Positions 43,550 through 52,907 of a stretch of 64,000 bases of DNA are shown in pieces (the first letter of the stretch is position 1; each line of letters opens with the position of its first letter). The stretch spans positions 2,368,001 to 2,432,000 of the forward strand of contig OZ244905.1 of NCBI GenBank assembly GCA_965221695.1. The letters run 5' to 3'. Origin of the DNA: Gammaproteobacteria bacterium (GTDB taxonomy: Bacteria; Pseudomonadota; Gammaproteobacteria; Eutrophobiales; Eutrophobiaceae). A program made the position numbers and the translations under genes. The notes below the pieces were generated by a model. It searched no databases and was not told the origin of the DNA. It worked only from the letters and a program-made list of their open reading frames with translations.

Positions 43550-43668
43550 AAATTTCTCAAGGTTGTATCCACTTTATGAAATAGTATATAGTATTTTATA
43601 AAGAACATTACAGGGTTGCGCCGGCGTATGGCAACAACCACCGCTGCAATCAAAGCGAAGACATTTTC

Positions 43669-44547
43669 ATGAGCTTGACCGGTCTGGAACACTATCATCG
43701 TCCGCAGCGTCTGCAGGAAGTGGCGGCGCTGTTAACGCAGTATGAGGATGAAGCGTTAATCGTCAGCGGCGGCACCTTTATCCACGGGCTGGCCGCACGC
43801 GGGCTGATTGTCAATATCAAGCGCCTGATTGATATCAACGACCTGGATTTGGCCTACATTGATAGTAACGATGAGCAACTACGCATCGGGGCCACCTGTC
43901 TGTTACGGCAATTGGAAAGCAGCCCGGATATACAACAGCAATCCAGTCTTGGCGCGATCCGGGATGCGTTGAAATACCCGCCGCCGCAGATAAAAAATGC
44001 CGCCAGTATCGGTGGCAGTGTAGCCTCAGCTTGCCCGTTTCTGGATTTGCCCATCAGTTTGCTGGCGCTCGATGCCGGCATTGTTGCGTATGGTTCGGCG
44101 GGCGCCAGAGACATTGCGCTGGAGTCCTTTTTTCTGTCATTGTTCGAAAACGCGCTTAATGAAGACGAGTTGTTGCAGGAAATCCGGGTGCCGCTGAGAC
44201 AGAACCGCGCCAGCGCGTTTGAGAAACTGGAAACCAACGCCAACGATTTGGCGATCCTGAATGCCGCGGTGGCCGTGAGCGCAAACGGTAATACCTGTAC
44301 AGACATCAAGGTATTCGTCGGCGGTGGGGTCGGGGAAGTGCCGGTGCGCGCCGTGTCCGTAGAGCAGGCCTTGGGCGGCAAGGCCATGACCCGGACCAAA
44401 ATCGAGCAGGCGGCTGCGTTGGCCAAAGAGGATGTCGACCCGTTGTCCGATCATCGCGGTTCGTCCCGTTACCGCAAGGCCATGGCAGAGGTGCTGGTGC
44501 GGCGCTGTCTGCATCGCTGCCTGGCGCAGTTGGAAATAAGTGGGTGA
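43669..44547 (+). CDS. Molybdenum hydroxylase FAD subunit (CoxM/XdhB-like)
   Basis: SGGT, QIKNAASIGG, D.RGS..YR. Confidence 0.9.
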   Translation: MSLTGLEHYHRPQRLQEVAALLTQYEDEALIVSGGTFIHGLAARGLIVNIKRLIDINDLDLAYIDSNDEQLRIGATCLLRQLESSPDIQQQSSLGAIRDALKYPPPQIKNAASIGGSVASACPFLDLPISLLALDAGIVAYGSAGARDIALESFFLSLFENALNEDELLQEIRVPLRQNRASAFEKLETNANDLAILNAAVAVSANGNTCTDIKVFVGGGVGEVPVRAVSVEQALGGKAMTRTKIEQAAALAKEDVDPLSDHRGSSRYRKAMAEVLVRRCLHRCLAQLEISG

Positions 44548-44554
44548 GCGCAGG

Positions 44555-45016
44555 ATGAAACAACTGGTCAGTCTGAATATCAACGGTGATGTAACAGAGG
44601 TTGCCATTGAACCGGGTGCGACGCTGTTACAGGTATTACGGGATGAGCTGCGGTTGCTTGGCCCCAAGCGCGGGTGCGACACGGGGGGGTGCGGTTGTTG
44701 CACCGTGTTAATCGATGGTTGTTCCCGGTATGCATGTATGACCTATGCCCTGTCAGTTCAGGGGCGCGCCATCACCACGGTTGAAGGCTTGGCGGCCGGG
44801 GCTGACGTGAGCGCTGTTCAACAGGCTTTTGTCGACCAGGGCGCAGTACAATGCGGTTATTGCAGTTGCGGGTTTATCATGGCGGCGGAAGAATTGCTCG
44901 CACACAATAACAATCCGTCTGAGACCGAGATCAGACAAGCGATTGCGGGCAATCTGTGTCGCTGTACCGGTTATCATAAGATAGTGAAGGCTATCGGTGC
45001 GGCGGCCGGCAGGTAA
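44555..45016 (+). CDS. Molybdenum hydroxylase 2x[2Fe-2S] subunit (CoxS-like)
   Basis: GCDTGGCGCC, QCGYC, NLCRCTGY. Confidence 0.93.
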   Translation: MKQLVSLNINGDVTEVAIEPGATLLQVLRDELRLLGPKRGCDTGGCGCCTVLIDGCSRYACMTYALSVQGRAITTVEGLAAGADVSAVQQAFVDQGAVQCGYCSCGFIMAAEELLAHNNNPSETEIRQAIAGNLCRCTGYHKIVKAIGAAAGR

Positions 45017-45022
45017 TTCGAT

Positions 45023-47350
45023 ATGTCCGAAGCAGCGTATATAGGCGCAAACGTTCGCAACGTCGATGCCCTTGATAAAGTCAGGGGCGGGCGGGGCTAT
45101 CCGGTCAACGTCACCTTGCCGGGCATGCTGCACGGCAAGTTGCTGCGCAGCAGTTACGCGCATGCGAGGATCCTGTCAATCGATACCACCGAGGCTGAAA
45201 AGCTGCCCGGTGTGAAAGCAATTCTGACGCCTGACGATGTGCCGAAGAAGAAATTCAATCCGATTTTTTTTATGCCGGTACAGGGACATGGCGCCAATCA
45301 CGATATGCAGGTATTGAGCGATGTCGTGCGTTATGCCGGGCAACCCGTCGCGGCCGTGGCGGCAACCTCAATCGAGATCGCCGCACAGGCGCTGGAATTG
45401 ATTGATGTCGAATACGAAGAACTGCCGGCGCTGTTCAGCGCCGCCGAGGCCATGGCCGAGGGCGCCCCGGCGCTGCATGATTACACACAGAACAATATTG
45501 CCAAGCACCCTTTCTTTGAAACCGGCGACGTGGATGCCGCGCTGGCCGACGCGGACCGTGTTTTTGAGCACAGCTACCAGACCCAGCGGGTGCATACCTG
45601 TTATATGGAACCGCGCCTGGTTGTGGTGGAATCCGATGCGACCGGCAACCTGACGGTGCACAGTTCCAACCAGCACTTGTTCGGTTTGCGCGAGAAGCTC
45701 GCGTTTGTGCTGGATATTCCGGAAAGTAAGATACGTGTTATCAAGCCGCCATATATGGGCGGTGGCTTCGGCGGCAAGTTGGACCTGGGTTATATCGAAC
45801 CGCTGGCTGCGCTGATGAGTTTGAAGACCGGCCAACCGGTCAGGTTCGAGCACAGCCGGGCCGAAGAGTTTATTACCGGTGCGAGAAACCCGGTACGGAT
45901 GGAACTCAAGACCGGGATGAAACAGGATGGGACGATTACGGCGCGCTGTGGCAAGAGCACATTTGATGCCGGCGCGTATGCGACCCACGGCTCCACCGTG
46001 ATCATGGTGCATGGGCTGTTCGGGTTCATGTACACCTATAATTGCCCGAACCGGCGCTGGGAAGGCATCTCGGTACACACCAATAATATGATCAGCGGCG
46101 GCTTTCGGGGCTACGGCGCGCCGCAGGCGGCGTTTGCGGTGGAATCGCAGTTGGATGAGATTTGTGAGGAGATGGGGCTGGACCCGCTGGAGGTCCGGAT
46201 CAGGAATACCCATAAGGAAGGCGAGCCGCATCCGGTTTTCAACCAGGCGTTTACCACTTACCGCCTCGAAGACTGCATCAGACAGGGCGCTGAACGCATC
46301 GGGTGGTCTCGCCGCACGAAGCCCAACAGCGATGCCGGCACATTGCAACGCGGACTGGGTATGGCTTGTGTGCCCACCTGGACTTCCAACTGTATCGGAC
46401 AGCCGGATTTATACGAACATTCGGGCGCGTTGGTGAAGCTGAACCCTGACGGCTCGGCGGATATTGCCACTGCCTGCATGGACATCGGCGCCGGTCAGAA
46501 CACGGTATTCTGCCAGATGGTGGCGGAAGAGCTTGGTATTCCTTTCGAGCAGGTGCGGATGAGCAATGTCGATACCGGCAACGTGCCGTTTGACGCCCCT
46601 ACCCATGCCAGTCGGGGTACTTACGCGGCCGGTGGCGCAATCAGGCAGGCTGCGGAAAATGCCAAGCAGAAAATGTTTGAGGTCGCAGCGACCATGCTGG
46701 AGGCCAATCCCCTGGACCTGGAGAGCAGGGATGGTAAGGTGTTCGTCAAAGGCAGTAAGGAAACAGCGGTAAGCATCCGGGAAGTCGCGTTTCGGGCGGA
46801 TTCCCCGTTGATACACGACACCCCCCAGGGACCGCAGCCGGATTCCACCCCGTTCCGCGGCACGATAGTCGGCATATCCAGCCTGAACCCGAACATCACT
46901 CCGATACCTTGCGGCGCAATGTTTGTGGAGGTGGCGGTTGATATTGAAACCGGCCAGGTGCAGGTTGACCACGTGGTCTATGCTCATGACATCGGGCGCG
47001 TGATCTATCCATCAGGCGCTGAAGGCCAGGTGGAAGGCGCGGTGCAGCAAGGCATAGGTTATGCGCTGATGGAACATGTTCAGTTTGACCCGGATACCGG
47101 CGCCTGCCTGACCGGCGATTTCCTTGAGTACAAGATGCCTACTGCGGTGGAGATGCCTGGCAAAATAGAATGTATCTTTATCGAATCAAATGAAGAGACC
47201 GGACCGTTCGGCGCCAAGAGTCTGGCCGAATGTTGTCTTATCGTGCCTGCGCCGGCGATTGCCAATGCGATTTATAACGCAGTCGGCGTGCGCGTCAGGG
47301 AGTTGCCGATTACGCCTGAGAAAATACTGGCTGGCCTTGGCAGGCTTTGA
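45023..47350 (+). CDS. Xanthine dehydrogenase-family molybdopterin subunit (not CO dehydrogenase)
   Basis: GGGFGGK, GGFRGYGAPQ, THASRG, GAKSLAE; lacks the AYxCSFR motif of CoxL. Confidence 0.92.
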   Translation: MSEAAYIGANVRNVDALDKVRGGRGYPVNVTLPGMLHGKLLRSSYAHARILSIDTTEAEKLPGVKAILTPDDVPKKKFNPIFFMPVQGHGANHDMQVLSDVVRYAGQPVAAVAATSIEIAAQALELIDVEYEELPALFSAAEAMAEGAPALHDYTQNNIAKHPFFETGDVDAALADADRVFEHSYQTQRVHTCYMEPRLVVVESDATGNLTVHSSNQHLFGLREKLAFVLDIPESKIRVIKPPYMGGGFGGKLDLGYIEPLAALMSLKTGQPVRFEHSRAEEFITGARNPVRMELKTGMKQDGTITARCGKSTFDAGAYATHGSTVIMVHGLFGFMYTYNCPNRRWEGISVHTNNMISGGFRGYGAPQAAFAVESQLDEICEEMGLDPLEVRIRNTHKEGEPHPVFNQAFTTYRLEDCIRQGAERIGWSRRTKPNSDAGTLQRGLGMACVPTWTSNCIGQPDLYEHSGALVKLNPDGSADIATACMDIGAGQNTVFCQMVAEELGIPFEQVRMSNVDTGNVPFDAPTHASRGTYAAGGAIRQAAENAKQKMFEVAATMLEANPLDLESRDGKVFVKGSKETAVSIREVAFRADSPLIHDTPQGPQPDSTPFRGTIVGISSLNPNITPIPCGAMFVEVAVDIETGQVQVDHVVYAHDIGRVIYPSGAEGQVEGAVQQGIGYALMEHVQFDPDTGACLTGDFLEYKMPTAVEMPGKIECIFIESNEETGPFGAKSLAECCLIVPAPAIANAIYNAVGVRVRELPITPEKILAGLGRL

Positions 47351-47368
47351 TGTATATTCTATGTCGTT

Positions 47369-47830
47369 GTGAAAATTGAAAAATCTTTTACTGTTGCCGC
47401 TGCCCGCGCAGCAGTCTGGCAGTTTATTACCTCTCCTGAAGCGGTTGCCGCCTGTATCCCCGGTTGTGAGCAGGTTGAAGATACCGGCGAGAACACGTAC
47501 CAGGCCGTCATCAGAGTAAAAATCGGCATGATTAAGGCCAGGTTTAAGGTAGACATAGAGACCCTTGAAGAATCTCCCCCTGAATTTGCCCGTTACCTGA
47601 CCCGGGGGTTCGAGGGCGGCAAGGCGAGCAGGCTAAAGGCGGAGAGCAAACTGGTGCTGACGGCACTGGATGAGGCAACAACAGAAGTCACGTACAGCTC
47701 GGAAATCAGCCTGCTCGGGCGTTTGGGCAAGTTCAGCCAGGGGATGATGAATAAGGTCGCAGATTCAATCGGTGAGAATTTTGTGCAAGCCCTGCGCAAG
47801 GAAATTGAAGTTGGCAAGGAAGCAAAATGA
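47369..47830 (+). CDS. coxG: CoxG/SRPBCC family protein
   Basis: VW.FI..PE.VAACIPGC, GRLGKFS. Confidence 0.85.
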   Translation: MKIEKSFTVAAARAAVWQFITSPEAVAACIPGCEQVEDTGENTYQAVIRVKIGMIKARFKVDIETLEESPPEFARYLTRGFEGGKASRLKAESKLVLTALDEATTEVTYSSEISLLGRLGKFSQGMMNKVADSIGENFVQALRKEIEVGKEAK

Positions 47831-48567
47831 CAGTTGCCGCAGTGTCCCGGCAGCATCTTGCTTCCCTGAAGCAAAGCGGCGCTGCAACCATTGCCAACGT
47901 ATTGCTGATGCAGGGTTTGAAAAACACTTGCATGTCAGGATTGGCTCCGCTGCGCGCGCAACAGGAATCCTTTGCCGGTCCCGCCTATACCCTGCGCTTC
48001 ATCCCGAGTCGCGAAGACCTGGATGGCCTGGAAAATTATTCGCGCGAGGATAATCTGCATCGGCGCGCGATAGAGGAATGCCCCGCTGGCAGCGTGCTGG
48101 TGATTGATGCGATGGACTGTCTGAGCGCTTCCGTAGCGGGGGATATGATGGCGTTACGCTTGAAGATGCGCGGGGTGGTTGCGCTGGTTACTAATGGCGG
48201 GTTGCGCGATAGCGCGAGTATTATCGACGCCGGGCTGCCGGCATTTCAGCGCCGGCCTGTGACTCCGGCGACACCCATTGCATTACATCCGGTGGAACTC
48301 AACGCGCCGATAGGTTGTGGCAATGTGGCCGTTTATCCCGGTGATATAGTTGTGGGCGATGCCGATGCGTTGGTCGTGGTTCCTGCGCATCTTGCCGAAG
48401 ACACTGCAATGAAAGCGTCCGCGGCCGCCGAGTATGAAGAGTATGCCCGACAGCGCATTCGCGGGGGACGTTCCATTTTTGGGCTTTTTCCCGCGACAAA
48501 GGAAAGCCTGGCAGACTTTGACAAGTGGCAAGAGCAACAGGCTGCGCCCCCGGAGGAGCAAGTATGA
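47827..48567 (+). CDS. RraA-like / HMG aldolase family protein
   Basis: GPAYTLRFIP.RED, GDMM, GGLRD, VYPGDIVVGD. Confidence 0.85.
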   Translation: MTVAAVSRQHLASLKQSGAATIANVLLMQGLKNTCMSGLAPLRAQQESFAGPAYTLRFIPSREDLDGLENYSREDNLHRRAIEECPAGSVLVIDAMDCLSASVAGDMMALRLKMRGVVALVTNGGLRDSASIIDAGLPAFQRRPVTPATPIALHPVELNAPIGCGNVAVYPGDIVVGDADALVVVPAHLAEDTAMKASAAAEYEEYARQRIRGGRSIFGLFPATKESLADFDKWQEQQAAPPEEQV

Positions 48568-50096
48568 AATTCAACATTGACCGGATTCTCGGCGACCTTG
48601 GCATAGAGGCCGTTAATCCCGGCGCCTATTGCTCTGCCACAGGCTGGACTTCGATAAATGAGCGCGCCAGTTTCGCGGCGATAAACCCGTCCACCGAAGA
48701 GACGACCGCTCTTATAACCAGCGCTACCGAAGAAGATTATCGTCATATCGCTGACAACGCTATAGCCTGCCAGAAAGCCTGGCGCATGACTCCCGCGCCG
48801 CAACGGGGCAAGCTGGTGGCGCGCATCGGCGAGCTTATGAAGGATAAGTTGGAGGAGCTCGGCGCGATTGTCTCCATTGATACCGGCAAATCCTTGATGG
48901 AAGGCAAGGCTGAAATCAACGAGTGTATCGATATGGCCATGCTCGCGGCCGGGCAATCCCGCATGTTGTACGGCTTTGCGCAACAATCCCAGCGCGAAAA
49001 ACATAGAATGTATGATCAATGGTTGCCGCTGGGAGTCGCCGGCATCATCACCGCATACAATTTTCCTGCCGCGGTATGGGCGCAGAATGGTTTCCTGTCA
49101 GCTATCTGCGGCAACACCGTCATCTGGAAGCCCAGCCCCAAAGTTCCTCTGACAGCCTTGGCCTTACAGCGTTTGGCCAACCAGGCGATGCAGGATACCG
49201 GATCAGACGGTGTGTTTTCGCTGTTTATCCCGCAAGATAATGCGCTTGCCAACCGGCTGCTGGAGGACCGCCGCATTGCGCTGGTGTCATTCACGGGGTC
49301 CAGCGCGGTGGGCAAACACGTAGCTGCCGTGGTGGCTGAAACTCCTGGACGCCGCTGCCTGCTCGAGTGTTCCGGAAATAACGGCTGCATTATCGATGAA
49401 ACAGCAGACTTGAAACTGGCGGCCCGTTCTGTCACCTTCGGCGCGGTGGGGACTACGGGGCAGCGTTGCACCAGTACCCGACGTTGCATTGTTCATAAGG
49501 ATGCGGCCGAAAAATTTGTGGACTACCTGGCCAGGTCATTCTCACAAATCACCCTGGGAGACCCGCGTGAGGAAGCTGCGCTGGTCGGGCCGCTGATAGA
49601 TCCAAAAGCCATAGATGATTTTGCCGCCACAATCGCCGCGGCAGTCGAAGCGGGCGGAAAAGTGGTTTATGGCGGCAAGCGGCTTGAACGCCCCGGTTAT
49701 TTCGTCGAACCGACCATCATCACCGGTTGCGACCCTGACTGGCCTTGTGTGCAGGAGGAGACCTTTGCGCCCATTGTATTTGTCATGACGTATCAGTCAT
49801 TGGATGAGGCCATTGCCATTCATAATAATGTCGCCCAGGGCCTGGCCTCCGGCATACACAGCAGCAATGTCTTTCATATTGAACAGTTCCTGTCCGCCGC
49901 CGGCAGCGACTGTGGCATCGCCAAGGTCAATATGGGAACAACCGGGGCAGACGTAGGCGCCGCTTTTGGCGGAGAGAAAGAAACCGGTGGCGGACGCACT
50001 GCCGGGTCAGATGCCTGGAAAGGCTATATGCGCCGGCAGAGCGTGTGCATCAACTGGAGCAGCGCCTCTCCCTGGGACAGGATTATCGAGCTGTAA
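48564..50096 (+). CDS. Aldehyde dehydrogenase, ALDH7 (antiquitin-like)
   Basis: ITAYNFP, SFTGS, LECSGNN, GQRCT, AFGGEKETGGGR; ATGA overlap with the upstream gene. Confidence 0.92.
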   Translation: MKFNIDRILGDLGIEAVNPGAYCSATGWTSINERASFAAINPSTEETTALITSATEEDYRHIADNAIACQKAWRMTPAPQRGKLVARIGELMKDKLEELGAIVSIDTGKSLMEGKAEINECIDMAMLAAGQSRMLYGFAQQSQREKHRMYDQWLPLGVAGIITAYNFPAAVWAQNGFLSAICGNTVIWKPSPKVPLTALALQRLANQAMQDTGSDGVFSLFIPQDNALANRLLEDRRIALVSFTGSSAVGKHVAAVVAETPGRRCLLECSGNNGCIIDETADLKLAARSVTFGAVGTTGQRCTSTRRCIVHKDAAEKFVDYLARSFSQITLGDPREEAALVGPLIDPKAIDDFAATIAAAVEAGGKVVYGGKRLERPGYFVEPTIITGCDPDWPCVQEETFAPIVFVMTYQSLDEAIAIHNNVAQGLASGIHSSNVFHIEQFLSAAGSDCGIAKVNMGTTGADVGAAFGGEKETGGGRTAGSDAWKGYMRRQSVCINWSSASPWDRIIEL

Positions 50097-50112
50097 GCGA
50101 AGCATGCTCTAC

Positions 50113-50206
50113 CTGAATAGCTCAGATATGGTTCGCCCCGGTATTGCAAGCGTAAGGGTAGCCCGAATATCTCAGATATGGTTCACACCGGTATTGCAAG
50201 CGTAAG
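50113..50206. repeat. Two-copy tandem direct repeat, 50-bp period
   Basis: 36-bp core CTCAGATATGGTTC(G/A)C(C/A)CCGGTATTGCAAGCGTAAG at 50121-50156 and 50171-50206, 2 mismatches. Confidence 0.9.
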
Positions 50207-50297
50207 ATTTGCATTGGCAAAGTAGGCATTGCGGCACGGGAAAGTGATCTTTGATCAGTCCCGATAAGCTTATTCGGAGGTTTCCCAGACAGCGTAA

Positions 50298-50936
50298 TCA
50301 ATAAGGCAGGTCCGCCAGCTTGTTCAGATGGTGCCTGATCGCGGCAACTGCGGCTTTTTTGTCCGATTCCATAACGGCATCCAATATCGCCTCATGTTCG
50401 CTTTGTACTTCCTGCAATTTCTCCGGGCCGGTAATCATTAAAAACCACAGCGGGTTGGATCGCTGCTTGAGGAAGTTGGCCAGTTCAACAAGAACAGGAT
50501 TTTGGCTGGCCTCCGCTAAAATGCCATGGAATTCATGATCGATTCTCATCAATTCCTTGCGATTATTTTTTTTCACGTAGGCGCGACCTTGCTCCATCAG
50601 TGATTTCATGTGATTGACCTGGGCAACCGTCGCATGGGTCGCGGCAAGTCTGACGACCTCGGCTTCAATCACCAGGCGAACATGGATCAACTGCTTCAAC
50701 TCTTCTGTCGACCACCCGGAGATGATCATCCCTTTACGGGGTATGACCTCAATGAGACGGTCCCGTTGCAGATTGGAGAGTGCGCTGCGTATCGGTGAGC
50801 GGCCAAAGTTAACCAGTTCACACAGCTCGGCCTCGGTGTACAGTTTACCCAGGCTCAACTCGGAGTTGAGAATTTTCCATTTAAGCGCTTCGTAGGCCAG
50901 CGCGCTTTGTGATGCTTTTTTTCCTGACATCGCCAT
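50298..50936 (-). CDS. GntR/FCD family transcriptional regulator
   Basis: wHTH (GRSPIRSAL..L..DRLIEVIPRKG) plus FCD (DHEFH, EHEAILDA). Confidence 0.92.
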   Translation of the reverse strand: MAMSGKKASQSALAYEALKWKILNSELSLGKLYTEAELCELVNFGRSPIRSALSNLQRDRLIEVIPRKGMIISGWSTEELKQLIHVRLVIEAEVVRLAATHATVAQVNHMKSLMEQGRAYVKKNNRKELMRIDHEFHGILAEASQNPVLVELANFLKQRSNPLWFLMITGPEKLQEVQSEHEAILDAVMESDKKAAVAAIRHHLNKLADLPY

Positions 50937-51046
50937 GATGTTTCAATTCCTGACGTTAAGAGCTTCCGGCTGGCGTCTTGCAGTCATTTCCATGTTCATG
51001 TGTGTATCATGCCCTCCCGGAGATTACAAGACGCAGGAGTCAAGGG

Positions 51047-52051
51047 TCAGAATCCCTTGCGTGTCAAAAATTCATCGTGTCGGGCAAAATCGTATTCAGG
51101 CAGAAAAAACTCTTCCGGTGGCAGTGGTCCCCACTGTGTGGTTTCGTCAGCCGTGCCGGTGAAATAGACCGGCTGGTAGGAGGCATTGACCTTATCCGTA
51201 TCGGTATAATGCTCTATGCGATTGCCAAACGGATCAAACCAGTAATCGTAAATCAGGCTGCCCAGGTAATGGCGCCCGTAGCCGACATCCAACTGCCAAC
51301 CCTTGGACAGCAGGTAGTCGTGGGCGCTGGCAACCGCGTCAAAATCACACATCTCAAAAGAAGTATGGTGACAGCCGATGCGAGGGGCGCCGCTCACCAG
51401 CAGTACGTGATGGTCGACGAACTCATCGCCCCGGTCAAACCGCAAAAATGTGGCCAGCACGTTATCGGCATTGCCGGGTTCACAAATATGATCTGAAGCA
51501 AGCAGGCCAAAATACTCCATATACCATTCAACATCATCCTGCTGTTTGAGTGTATAGGGAACCAGGTGCCCGAGTTTATTGACCAGGCCGGGTTCGTGGC
51601 GGCTGGGCCGGAGATTGGTATTGAAGCGGCGCTTCCTGTCCATGAAGTTGAGTTCATACGACTCGCGTAAAGGCAGTTCATCCACCGGTTTCATCCCATG
51701 CGCGACGTCCACATGAAACCCACCTGGTGTGACCAGGCGCACTCGCTTGCCGCCGGCCGGCCCGTCTATATCTTCCACAGCAGACGCGCCGGGCACTTTC
51801 GCTGCCGCATGTAAATCATCCTCAGTTGCGGCCTCGAAGGTGTAACTGATGATTTTGTTTTGCGAACTCTGTTTCGCCACATAGATATAAGGTATGGAAG
51901 AGGCGCCGCGAAAATACACACTGTCGCTGGTCCGATATGCCGGAACCATGCCGAAATCAGTTAAAAACGTTTCCATCAGGGCAAGGTCAGGAACACCCAT
52001 GGTAACGTAGGCAATTTGTTTGCAAGCAATCATCGTTTTACCAGAAATCAT
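51047..52051 (-). CDS. VOC-family extradiol dioxygenase, trihydroxytoluene oxygenase-like
   Basis: KLGHLV, VDHH, HHTSFE, GRHYLGS.IYDYWFDPFGNRIEHYTD. Confidence 0.8.
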   Translation of the reverse strand: MISGKTMIACKQIAYVTMGVPDLALMETFLTDFGMVPAYRTSDSVYFRGASSIPYIYVAKQSSQNKIISYTFEAATEDDLHAAAKVPGASAVEDIDGPAGGKRVRLVTPGGFHVDVAHGMKPVDELPLRESYELNFMDRKRRFNTNLRPSRHEPGLVNKLGHLVPYTLKQQDDVEWYMEYFGLLASDHICEPGNADNVLATFLRFDRGDEFVDHHVLLVSGAPRIGCHHTSFEMCDFDAVASAHDYLLSKGWQLDVGYGRHYLGSLIYDYWFDPFGNRIEHYTDTDKVNASYQPVYFTGTADETTQWGPLPPEEFFLPEYDFARHDEFLTRKGF

Positions 52052-52344
52052 AATTCCGGAGAGACTATGCCCAAGTCCATTCCCGGCTCAAGCACGGAAC
52101 AGACCCCGGTCTGGTGAGCGCATCGGAAAACCAGTGCGACACTGTATCCAGGAAACTCTGACTCAATCACAGAGTTCCTGAGCGAAGTAAATATACCACA
52201 CTCCAAACCGTTATGATCAGGGTGCGGCGTAAGCCGATTAGGTGTAGGCGACATTCGGGCTTACCGACGAGCGCATGCGAAAAATCCTGGCTGAGTGCTG
52301 TAATATACTTGCGAAATAACAAAAAACTTCTCAGGATTTCTGTT

Positions 52345-52530
52345 ATGAAATCAGCAATCATTATTCACGCAGCAGAAGAAGGCGGCTACTGGGCTGAGGT
52401 TCCTTCTATTCCTGGCTGTGTCACACAGGGTGATACCATTGAAGAACTGTCATTTAACCTGAGGGAAGCTGTAGATGGATGCTTTGACGTTCTTGCAGAG
52501 AATATAAAAACTATTGTGGAACAGGAATAG
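52345..52530 (+). CDS. hicB: HicB-like antitoxin (no hicA partner seen)
   Basis: AEEGGYWAEVPSIPGCVTQGDTIEEL..NLREAV. Confidence 0.85.
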   Translation: MKSAIIIHAAEEGGYWAEVPSIPGCVTQGDTIEELSFNLREAVDGCFDVLAENIKTIVEQE

Positions 52531-52763
52531 CGTGAATTTGACTAAGTTTGCTCTTTATCGATAAATTCGTCTTTAGCCTTACTCAACCGGAGGCTAGGCA
52601 GTTCGCCCGCTGCCCGGATTCTGAATGAAAATTCCTCCCTCTTTTAGCCCGGAATATCTCAAAGCTCGGTATCGTTGGCGCATTTGGCCTGTTTGGCGTA
52701 TTTTTGAAGCGCTGATATAGCCTTCAAAATCATCCTCAAAGGGGTATGCCCGTGCTTCAAAGG

Positions 52764-52776
52764 TAACTGATTGATT
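52764..52776 (-). promoter_or_regulatory. IHF consensus site
   Basis: Minus strand AATCAATCAGTTA fits WATCAANNNNTTR exactly. Confidence 0.5.
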
Positions 52777-52907
52777 TTATTGAATACGTGCTGGCCCGTA
52801 GGCACTACAACGGTTTCTTCTGACGCCCGCGTTGATAAATAAGGAGTTTTCAAATAAATTGCGCTCTAAAACCGTCGTAGTCGGGACAGATGGTATAATT
52901 AACCAGG

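Noticed and set aside
45368-46348. 326-aa antisense ORF in the Mo subunit gene, and similar shadow ORFs across 15-22 kb
   Set aside because: Expected from codon bias in GC-rich genes; no independent motifs.
43669-47830. Aerobic CO dehydrogenase coxMSL-G
   Set aside because: The active-site loop is GGFRGYG, not AYxCSFR or AYxGAGR.
50113-50206. Possible mini-CRISPR (36-bp repeat containing ATTGCAAG)
   Set aside because: Only two copies, a 14-nt gap that is itself partly repeated, and no cas genes; it is a tandem duplication.
52659-52853. 64-aa minus-strand ORF as the missing HicA toxin
   Set aside because: Wrong orientation relative to hicB, no GSH motif, and it overlaps the IHF-site region.
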